Below are positions 57,176-64,000 of a stretch of DNA of 64,000 nt, in pieces (positions within the stretch are counted from its first letter, which is position 1; every line of letters begins with the position of its first letter). The notes under the pieces were generated by a model. The model was given only the letters and a program-made list of their open reading frames with translations, had not been told where the DNA came from and did no database searches. Source of the stretch: Candidatus Limnocylindrales bacterium (GTDB lineage: Bacteria; Chloroflexota; Limnocylindria; Limnocylindrales; CSP1-4); the NCBI GenBank assembly GCA_038319665.1, contig JBBQDL010000003.1, positions 11,129 to 75,128 of the forward strand, in the 5' to 3' direction. The translations under genes were made by a program, and so were the position numbers.

Positions 57176-59110
57176 TCAATTCTCCGGGCTTGAGTCGTAG
57201 GAGGTTGGCCCCTCGGCCGCCCGTGGCAAGGACTTCACCGAGCGCTCGATCCGACTCAAGACGAAGTCCCGCGTTGGCGCGTCCATGAAGTAGACGTAGC
57301 AGCCGCGGAGGCCGCGGGTCAGGAGGACGCGGTAGGTGCTCTTGACGAAGTCGGTGAATTGCGGCTCGGTGACGCCGCTGCGGACGATGCGATGATCATG
57401 CGATTGGTCGCGTTGGCCGACCCATCCCCCATCGAGCGTCCGGTAGACGAGATCGGGGCCGAAGATGACTCCCACGTAGTCGAACTCGAAGCCCTGCGCG
57501 GTGTAGACGCAGCCGACCTGGTCGATCCCCCGCGGGTCGCTCGCCCAGAAGTCGGACTTCGGGATCCCGGGCGCCAGGCGGCCGGTCTCGGCCTTGGCGT
57601 TCCAAGGCATCGACCAATCCCCTACCCTGACGTCGGGCTCGAGCTCGCCGGCGGTGTCGGGGTCGGACCACGGCCAGCAGAAGCCGGCCACCAAGCGAGC
57701 GGTCGCCCCCTCCCCTGCCCTGCCGCGGATCAGCATGTCGAGCTCCTTGATCGAGCCAGCGACGCGGAAGTCGAACTCGTCGTCGGCCGGCCAGAGGACC
57801 TGCGGCGTCCGGGCCATCTCGAGGGTGTTGTCGACCCACTTGATGAACGAGTCCGAGCCGTTCGAGCGGAACTGCGCCTCGAGCTCGAACTCGCGGACCT
57901 CCAGCCCGCGCTTTGCAGCGCTCTCGCGGATCAGGTCGGTGCTGCCGACCTCGCCTGGGCGAACGACCTGCATGTCGTCGATGAAGAAGACGGTGACGCG
58001 GCTAGAGTCGAGGATGTCGTCGATCTGGGCCTTGCCGGTGCGTGCCTTAGCGGGCGTGAAGCGGCTCGTACTGATCGAGCGGATGCGGTGCGCCTCGTCG
58101 AGGATCACAACGTCGAGCGGCTCGTCGACGTTCGCCGTGTCGCGGAAGTACTTGAACATCGCGCTGGCTCGAGTGCCGACGATCTTGCGGAGGTTCTCGG
58201 TGAAGGCCTTGGAGCCGGTCACGTGGAGGGTCCGGAGGCCCAGGGCGGACAGCTCCGCGACGAGATTGACGGCGATGACCGACTTCCCGGTGCCCGGCCC
58301 GCCTTCGACGATGAACGCGACCTTTTGCTGGTTCTGGCCGGCACCACGTACCGAATCCATGATCGCGTTGTAGGCGACCTGCTGTTCGTCGAGCAGCGTG
58401 AACACGGGCTCGTTGCGGATGACGCGCGCGACGTGATCCAGCAGCCGCTTGTGCGGGCGGAACGCCGTGTTGGCGACCTTGTCGAGGATCGAGCCATCGT
58501 CGGGACCGGCGACTCTGGTGTCGAGGTAGGTGGCGAAGGCGTCGATCTGGTCGCCGGCGAAGGAGGGGTTCGTCGCGAGCAGCGTCGCGAAGTCGGCTTG
58601 GTAGAGCGGCGACTTCGGGTCGAACGTCGCGAAATGCAGGTACGCGCAGGCGTCGAGCGCAACGCCGCCGTCGGTGAACGCCGAGTGCGTGTCGAGCAGG
58701 TAGCGCTGATATTGCGCAGCCTGGCGCGACGGATGGAGGTGGTCTCTGGGACGGCTGACGAAATCGATGACGACGCAATCCGTGATGTTCGAAGGCGCGA
58801 CCTCGGTCCATTGCTTGAGCTCGACGACGACCGCGGCGTCGCCGGTGGCCGGGTTCGAGCCTGTGATCAGCACATCGAGGCGCTTCGACGACAGCGGCAG
58901 CTTGAGCTCGACGAGGACGCCATGATCGCGGAGGTCGGCTAGCTGCAGGACTTGGGCCATAGCAGCGAGGGAGTTCCGCCACGAGTTGACCTCGGACGGC
59001 GCCGGCCGATACCGAAACTCGTCAAAGAACCGATCCGCCAGCAGATTGGCCAGCCGAGCCTGCACCGCATCCGCGATGAACTGCTCGCTGGTTCCCTGGT
59101 AGAGGTGCAT
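57176..59110 (-). CDS. DUF2075 / Schlafen group 3-like nuclease-helicase
   Basis: N-terminal PD-(D/E)xK-like ELKLP..KRLDV..VVELKQW; EGGPGTGKS Walker A, ILDEAHR, QFRSNG, IYTAQG-like VYTAQGFEFDYVGV, YRVLLTRG. Confidence 0.88.
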   Translation of the reverse strand: MHLYQGTSEQFIADAVQARLANLLADRFFDEFRYRPAPSEVNSWRNSLAAMAQVLQLADLRDHGVLVELKLPLSSKRLDVLITGSNPATGDAAVVVELKQWTEVAPSNITDCVVIDFVSRPRDHLHPSRQAAQYQRYLLDTHSAFTDGGVALDACAYLHFATFDPKSPLYQADFATLLATNPSFAGDQIDAFATYLDTRVAGPDDGSILDKVANTAFRPHKRLLDHVARVIRNEPVFTLLDEQQVAYNAIMDSVRGAGQNQQKVAFIVEGGPGTGKSVIAVNLVAELSALGLRTLHVTGSKAFTENLRKIVGTRASAMFKYFRDTANVDEPLDVVILDEAHRIRSISTSRFTPAKARTGKAQIDDILDSSRVTVFFIDDMQVVRPGEVGSTDLIRESAAKRGLEVREFELEAQFRSNGSDSFIKWVDNTLEMARTPQVLWPADDEFDFRVAGSIKELDMLIRGRAGEGATARLVAGFCWPWSDPDTAGELEPDVRVGDWSMPWNAKAETGRLAPGIPKSDFWASDPRGIDQVGCVYTAQGFEFDYVGVIFGPDLVYRTLDGGWVGQRDQSHDHRIVRSGVTEPQFTDFVKSTYRVLLTRGLRGCYVYFMDAPTRDFVLSRIERSVKSLPRAAEGPTSYDSSPEN

Positions 59111-59113
59111 GCC

Positions 59114-59428
59114 TCAGAACCTGCGGCCCGGCACGTCGAGTCCGAGCACGAGGATGACGGTCAACGACAGGATCAATGCCACCAGTGAGACGCCGATCGC
59201 GAAGCCGATGCCGAGCTTGACGCCGGTCCAGAGAGTCAGGTCAACGAGCGTCCGTCTCGACCCGAAGTCATATGAGGCGAGGTCCCGGAGATCATCGACG
59301 GCTGTTGCATCTTGACCGCGGCCGGGATCCCTCGGCGTCCCGCCCTGGAACGGCGAACCGCATTTCGCGCAGAACGACGCATTGGCTGGTCGAAGCGTCG
59401 AACACGTCGGGCATCGGGCGGTGCTCAT
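59114..59428 (-). CDS. Zinc-ribbon domain membrane protein
   Basis: MSTARCPTC...FCAKCG (two CxxC) and C-terminal TM segment GVKLGIGFAIGVSLVALILSLTVILVLG. Confidence 0.7.
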   Translation of the reverse strand: MSTARCPTCSTLRPANASFCAKCGSPFQGGTPRDPGRGQDATAVDDLRDLASYDFGSRRTLVDLTLWTGVKLGIGFAIGVSLVALILSLTVILVLGLDVPGRRF

Positions 59429-59568
59429 GGACGCACAATAGGCCGCGTCGGTTCGCCGAGCATTCGGCACAGGTCGACGAAATGTTCCTTGGAGGCGGCC
59501 TTCTCCTTCGTTGCGTTGTCGCCCCACTTCTGAGCGAACTCGCGCGGCGTCAGGGTCGGCTGGGCCAC
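59425..59568 (-). pseudogene. N-terminal stub of an MmeI-like (Type IIG/IIL) restriction-modification enzyme
   Basis: SD GGGAGGGG + GTG; LTPREFAQKWGDNATKEKAASKEHFVDLCRMLGEPT resembles the family N-terminus (TP.EF..KW...E+...Q.HF.DLC.LLG.P); stops at 47 aa. Confidence 0.7.
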
Positions 59569-59664
59569 GGTCCCCTCCCCTGCTCGTCTGTCTTCACTTC
59601 TTGGGAGTGTACGGGGAGCGTGATCGGCGCCGCGTAGGAGCATGCATGCTCCTAGACTCCCTGA

Positions 59665-60495
59665 GTGGAACACAAGACGACCGAGGAGCAGTGGCGAGCC
59701 CTCCTCACCGGCGAGCATCGAGGCATGCTCGCCCTTCGCCGTCAGTTCGGGCGTCTGCCATCGCCACCGCGCTGCAAGCTCTGCTACGCGCCGTTTCACG
59801 GCATCGGCGGGGCGTTGCTCAAGCCATGGTTCGGGCCGTGGGAGCGCCACCCGCAGCTGTGCAAGAACTGCATGAGGGCCCTCACGAAGCTGGGCGTCGG
59901 CGGCGCCGAGGTCGAGATCTCGATGCTGTTCGTCGACATTCGAGGCTCGACCGGCCTCGGCGAGCGGCTCGGGCCTGCGGCCTTCGCGGCGCCGCTGACC
60001 GCGTTCTACCGGCTCGCGGCAAACGCCATCGTCGAGACGGACGGCGTCGTCGACAAGTTCGTGGGCGACGAGGCCATCGGCCTGTACATCCCGAGCTACG
60101 CGGGTCGGGACCACGCCCGGAAAGCGATCGAAGGCGGTCGTCGGCTCATCGAAGCAGTGGCACGGTCCGATGCGTCCGCAAGCGGGCCGATCCCTGCCGG
60201 CGGGGGCGTGCACACTGGCACGGCGTACGTTGGGACGCTCGGGTCGAGCGAGGAGATCTCGGACTTCACCGCACTCGGCGACTCGGTGAACACCACGGCG
60301 CGACTCGCGTCGCTGGCAGGCCCTGGCGAACTCCTTATCTCGCTCGCGGCTGCAGAGCACGCCTCACTCGACGCGACCGGCCTCGATCGGCGGACGGTCG
60401 AGGTGCGCGGACGCGAGGCGACCCTCGACGTGTATACGCTGCGAACGGTGGCAAGAGACGGAGACGGAGACGGAGACGGCGATACGGGCAGCTGA
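59665..60495 (+). CDS. Soluble class III adenylate cyclase with an N-terminal CxxC...CxxC motif
   Basis: RCKLC...LCKNC; LFVDIRGST, DKFVGDE, DFTALGDSVNTTARL; TAGACT 6 nt before GTG. Confidence 0.85.
   Translation: MEHKTTEEQWRALLTGEHRGMLALRRQFGRLPSPPRCKLCYAPFHGIGGALLKPWFGPWERHPQLCKNCMRALTKLGVGGAEVEISMLFVDIRGSTGLGERLGPAAFAAPLTAFYRLAANAIVETDGVVDKFVGDEAIGLYIPSYAGRDHARKAIEGGRRLIEAVARSDASASGPIPAGGGVHTGTAYVGTLGSSEEISDFTALGDSVNTTARLASLAGPGELLISLAAAEHASLDATGLDRRTVEVRGREATLDVYTLRTVARDGDGDGDGDTGS
60455..60478 (+). repeat. Hexanucleotide microsatellite (GAGACG)4 in the cyclase 3' end
   Basis: Encodes RDGDGDGDGD. Confidence 0.8.
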
Positions 60496-60506
60496 CGGCC
60501 GGGGCG

Positions 60507-61052
60507 TCATGCCCGGGCGGTCAAGTCCGCAGCGGCGGCATCGCGGATGGCCCGCCGGAGGTCCTTGATCAGCAGGATCACGTGGAGCGGATCCGTGGGT
60601 GACGGCTCGAAGCTTGGCTCGATGCCCTGGTAGAAGGCGGCTGCCTCGGGCGTCTCGGCATGGATCAGCAGCGCGCGCACGCCGACGCGTTCGCCGATCG
60701 ACGCTATCTGGAACAGGGCGTCGCGGACGAGGGCCGAGCCAAGGCCTCGTCCCTGCTGAGCCAGGTCAACGCCGAGTCGGGTCAGGATCACGACCGGCAC
60801 GCGATAGCGTCCCACGCCCTTCGTCAGCCTCGGTGGAGCGGCAGCATGCTCGATCGCGCCGGCCGCGAGCGCGTAGTGGCCGACGATCGAGCGCGAACCC
60901 TCGAGACAGATGACGTAGACCTTCGCGGTGTCCGACTGATGGGCCTGGAGCGCGTGCCGGACTAGCCAGCCGGTCTGTTCTTTCGAACCGGAATCGAAGG
61001 ACTGCGTGTCATGGTCGGGTGCGATCGGCTCGATTCGGCCATATCGCGTCAC
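60507..61052 (-). CDS. GNAT acetyltransferase toxin (AtaT/TacT-like)
   Basis: HDTQSFDSG, GHYALAA, LTRLGVD...QGRGLGSALVRDA, LLIHA; GTGA-coupled to the antitoxin. Confidence 0.88.
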   Translation of the reverse strand: MTRYGRIEPIAPDHDTQSFDSGSKEQTGWLVRHALQAHQSDTAKVYVICLEGSRSIVGHYALAAGAIEHAAAPPRLTKGVGRYRVPVVILTRLGVDLAQQGRGLGSALVRDALFQIASIGERVGVRALLIHAETPEAAAFYQGIEPSFEPSPTDPLHVILLIKDLRRAIRDAAAADLTARA

Positions 61053-61339
61053 TCGTCGTGCAGGACGCTCGGTCGGGCCAGGAAGGCCGCGAGGCCAGGC
61101 ATCGGTCGTTCCTCGCGCTCGAGGAGTTGGACGAACGCGTCCCAACGATCGTCGGGGAGGACGAACGTCGTCCGGTCGGCGAGGAGCTCGCGCGCGGCCT
61201 CGGTCGCGTGGCTGAGGACGAAGGCACTCGTGCTCATCGCGGTCGCAGCGGCGGCCTCATCCAGCAGACGTCGATTCGCTGGCTCGAGTCGGAGTTCGAG
61301 TCGGTCTTCCTTGCGTCCTGTCCCGCGTGCGGTCGTCAC
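61049..61339 (-). CDS. DUF1778 ribbon-helix-helix antitoxin
   Basis: KEDRLELRL, LDEAAAA, SAFVL..A..AA..LL, LPDDRWDAFVQLL. Confidence 0.88.
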   Translation of the reverse strand: MTTARGTGRKEDRLELRLEPANRRLLDEAAAATAMSTSAFVLSHATEAARELLADRTTFVLPDDRWDAFVQLLEREERPMPGLAAFLARPSVLHDE

Positions 61340-61346
61340 GATAGGC

Positions 61347-61397
61347 TCCGTGTACGGATAATGTCCGTACCGTACGGAAGACCGCCGCGCATGTCAA
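61347..61397 (-). promoter_or_regulatory. TA operon promoter with two palindromic operators
   Basis: Minus-strand TTGACA (61397-92), 17 nt, TACGGT (61374-69); near-palindromes TCCGT-GT-ACGGA (61347-58) and TCCGTAC-C-GTACGGA (61364-78). Confidence 0.7.
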
Positions 61398-61457
61398 TCC
61401 GATCTGTGGGATGGTTGCTTACGCAACCGAAGCGCGCCGTTGACCCGAGGATCTCCG

Positions 61458-61874
61458 ATGACCGATTACGCCGACTGGACGAAGAACCTGATCGCCGACA
61501 TCCGCGCCAACGGCCGCCCCACGAGTGGTTACTTCGAAGGGCGCCCCGTGATGGTCCTCACGACGACCGGGGCGAAGAGCGGCGAACCGAGATCGGCCGT
61601 CGTGACCTTCTCGCGCGATGGGGACGACTACGTCGTGGTCGGTTCCAAGAGCGGCGAACCCGACGATCCGGCGTGGTTCACGAACCTCGTCGCGAACTCG
61701 GTCGTGACGGTCGAAGCCGACGGCCAGACCTTCCAGGCCAGCGCGACCGTCGCGGAAGGGGCCGACCGCGACACGCTATGGGACCGGCACATCGCGGAAC
61801 ACCAACAGTTCGCCGGATACCCTGCAAAGACCGACCGGATCATCCCGATCGCCCGGCTCAAGCCGCTCGGCTGA
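61458..61874 (+). CDS. Deazaflavin (F420)-dependent nitroreductase family oxidoreductase
   Basis: NLIADIRANG, LTTTGAKSGEPR, VVGSKSG...PAWFTNL, TDRIIP. Confidence 0.88.
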   Translation: MTDYADWTKNLIADIRANGRPTSGYFEGRPVMVLTTTGAKSGEPRSAVVTFSRDGDDYVVVGSKSGEPDDPAWFTNLVANSVVTVEADGQTFQASATVAEGADRDTLWDRHIAEHQQFAGYPAKTDRIIPIARLKPLG

Positions 61875-61884
61875 CAATCGACCT

Positions 61885-62907
61885 GTGAAGAAGATCGGAT
61901 TCCTCTCGTTCGGGCACTGGTCGGCCTCGCCCTACTCGCAGGTCCGGTCGGGGTCGGATGCCCTCATCCAGTCGATCGAGCTCGCCGAGGCGGTCGAGGA
62001 CCTGGGCGCCGACGGCGCGTACTTCCGCGTCCACCACTTCGCCCAGCAGCTCGCGTCGCCGTTCCCGCTCCTGGCGGCGATCGGCGCTCGCACCAAGCGC
62101 GTCGAGATCGGGACGGCCGTCATCGACATGCGCTACGAGAACCCGCTGTACATGGTCGAGGATGCTGGGGCGGCCGACCTCATCGCAGGCGGTCGCCTCC
62201 AGCTGGGGATCAGCCGCGGCTCGCCCGAGCAGGTCATCGATGGCTTCCGCTACTTCGGCTACGCGCCACCGGAGGGCGATAGCGACGCCGACATGGCCCG
62301 CCAGCACGCGGAGGTCTTCCTCCAGGCCCTCTCCGGGGCCGCGTTCGCCGAGCCCAACCCGTCCCCGATGTTCCCGAACCCGCCCGGTTTGCTCCGCCCC
62401 GAGCCGCATTCACCCGGCCTGCGCGACCGGATCTGGTGGGGCGCCGGATCGCGCGCGACCGCCGAATGGACCGGGCAGCAGGGCATGAACCTGATGTCGT
62501 CGACGCTGCTGACCGAGGACGCCGGCATGCCGTTCCACGAGCTCCAGGCGGAGCAGATCCGACTGTTCCGTGAGGCGTGGGCCGCGGCTGGGCACCAGCA
62601 CGAGCCGCGCGTGTCGGTCAGTCGCAGCATCTTCGCGCTGGTCGACGATCGGGACCGCGCCTACTTCGGCCGCGGCAATCAGGAGGCGGATCAGGTCGGC
62701 TACCTCGACGCACAGACGAAGGCGATCTTCGGGCGCTCGTACGCGGCGGAGCCCGACGTCCTCGTCAAGGAGCTCGCCGGGGACACGGCGATCCAGGCCG
62801 CCGACACGCTGCTCCTGACCGTCCCGAACCAGCTCGGTGTCGAGTACAACGCCCACGCCATCGAGAGCATCCTCAGGTTCGTGGCCCCGGAACTGGGCTG
62901 GCGGTAG
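61885..62907 (+). CDS. LLM class flavin-dependent oxidoreductase (luciferase-like)
   Basis: MKKIGFLSFGHW, YFRVHHFA, EIGTAVIDMRYEN, QLGISRGS, IWWGAGS. Confidence 0.92.
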   Translation: MKKIGFLSFGHWSASPYSQVRSGSDALIQSIELAEAVEDLGADGAYFRVHHFAQQLASPFPLLAAIGARTKRVEIGTAVIDMRYENPLYMVEDAGAADLIAGGRLQLGISRGSPEQVIDGFRYFGYAPPEGDSDADMARQHAEVFLQALSGAAFAEPNPSPMFPNPPGLLRPEPHSPGLRDRIWWGAGSRATAEWTGQQGMNLMSSTLLTEDAGMPFHELQAEQIRLFREAWAAAGHQHEPRVSVSRSIFALVDDRDRAYFGRGNQEADQVGYLDAQTKAIFGRSYAAEPDVLVKELAGDTAIQAADTLLLTVPNQLGVEYNAHAIESILRFVAPELGWR

Positions 62908-63508
62908 ACCGACGGACCTGGTAGCGCAGGTGGGTGACGCGAGACCCCTCGACGACCAGGTCCGGCCCATCGAGGAGGATCGTCGCTCCCTTCAGCTCGT
63001 CCAGGAACCGCACCCCGGAGCCGAGCAGCACAGGCACCAGGTCGATCGAGATCTCGTCGAGCAGGCCCAGCTCCAGGCACTGGCTCGCGATCTTGCCCGG
63101 CGTGACGCAGACGTTCTGATCGCCCGCGATCGCCCGCGCCCGTTCGATCGCCGATGGCAGCCCGTCCGTGACGAACGTGAAGGGCGCGTGAGGATGGGCG
63201 GCGACCCAGTCTTGGGGCACCGAGTGCGTGACGACGACGATCGACTTGTCGAACGGGTGCCGGCCACCCCAACCATCTGTGAGGTCGAACATCCGGCGCC
63301 CGACCACGAACACCCCGATACCCTCGACAAAGTCGCGCATATATCGGTAGTCCGGCTCGGACAGGCGGGCGTGGAAGTTCGGGTCCACGCTCGGTAATTC
63401 GTGGTCACCACCGTCGAACCAGGCGAACAAGTGCTCGAAGCCCGACTCGTTCGGCCCGGCGATGTAGCCATCGAGCGAGACCGTCGCCCCGGCCACGACC
63501 TTGCCCAT
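62873..63508 (-). CDS. Dihydrofolate reductase-like / RibD C-terminal domain protein
   Basis: TVSLDGYIAG, VGRRMF, VVVTH, GLLDEISIDLVPVLLGSG.R. Confidence 0.85.
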   Translation of the reverse strand: MGKVVAGATVSLDGYIAGPNESGFEHLFAWFDGGDHELPSVDPNFHARLSEPDYRYMRDFVEGIGVFVVGRRMFDLTDGWGGRHPFDKSIVVVTHSVPQDWVAAHPHAPFTFVTDGLPSAIERARAIAGDQNVCVTPGKIASQCLELGLLDEISIDLVPVLLGSGVRFLDELKGATILLDGPDLVVEGSRVTHLRYQVRRSTASPVPGPRT

Positions 63509-63517
63509 GGGACGGCG

Positions 63518-63768
63518 CTACTCGCCAGCGTCGCCGAACGTCGCGCGGCCGTTCGGTCGATAGGTCTGGATCATCACGCCCCTTGACGTCGAGCGCGACT
63601 CGACCAGCTCCAGGTCGTGTGTCTGGCCGCGCTCCGGGAAGAGCCGCAGCCCGCGGCCGTCCACCCGCCGCGCTCGAACCCGCCGCGCCGGTCCTCGTCG
63701 GGACCCCCGGGACCCTGGTACACGCCGTCCAGGGTCACCATCATCGAAGCGGTCAGCTTCATGGTCAT
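63518..63768 (-). pseudogene. Second DHFR-like/RibD-C gene with a large internal deletion and frameshift
   Basis: N-terminus MKLTASMMVTLDGVYQGPGGPDEDRRGGFERGGW fused out of frame near 63660 to C-terminus GRGLRLFP..LELVESRSTSRGVMIQTYRP. Confidence 0.75.
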
Positions 63769-64000
63769 CGCTCCTTCGCATCGGGGTCGATGAGCCACTC
63801 CACCGCGGCCTCGACGTGCGTCTGGGCAGTATTCAACACCGGTACGCCGGCGCACGTCGGGTCGGTAAGGATCAGGGCAAGCTCGGTGCCGCCGAGGATG
63901 ACGGCGTCGATCCCGTCTCGCTCCCGCATCACACCGACCACCGATGCCAGGGCGGCCCGACTCTCCTCGCGAACGACACCCTGGACCAGCTCACCGAAAT
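63765..64000 (-). CDS. Aspartate/glutamate racemase family protein, C-terminal part (runs off window end)
   Basis: Hand translation FGELVQGVV...DAVILGGTELALIL...NTAQTHVEAAV*; ATGA overlap with the next gene. Confidence 0.8.
   Translation of the reverse strand, partial: FGELVQGVVREESRAALASVVGVMRERDGIDAVILGGTELALILTDPTCAGVPVLNTAQTHVEAAVEWLIDPDAKER

Noticed and set aside
59665-60495. Pycsar-type pyrimidine cyclase defence system
   Set aside because: Specificity residues are ATP-type (Lys, Asp) and there is no co-oriented TIR or TM effector

Overview
High-GC bacterial chromosome window. Gene style suggests Chloroflexota (possibly a Limnocylindria-like lineage); this is inference only. About 1-53 kb is mostly housekeeping: tRNA-Val(GAC), thrS-infC-rpmI-rplT-pheST, cvpA-mpg-mutS2, PBP1A, tyrS, yerC-hisC, an EF-G paralogue, yebC-ruvC-ruvA, ruvB-tgt-recA-recX, rny, ymdB-PHP-miaB-miaA and hflX. 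Several commonly adjacent core genes are separated by accessory cassettes: a large AAA-LuxR regulator with an in-frame amber stop, an ECF sigma-DUF4232-DUF4232-GH3 operon, and a class III cyclase next to an orphan BcsA-like synthase. About 53.4-61.4 kb is a decaying defence/toxin-antitoxin island: HTH-MNT/HEPN, a coupled operon (MmeI-like stub, Zn-ribbon membrane protein, DUF2075 Schlafen-like nuclease-helicase, HEPN with an IS3-like terminal-repeat scar, RelA/SpoT remnant), a Cys-motif class III cyclase and a GNAT/DUF1778 pair. The window ends in flavin/F420 oxidoreductase genes. No CRISPR array, rRNA, integrase or intact transposase was seen. All family calls come from motif recognition by eye, not database searches.
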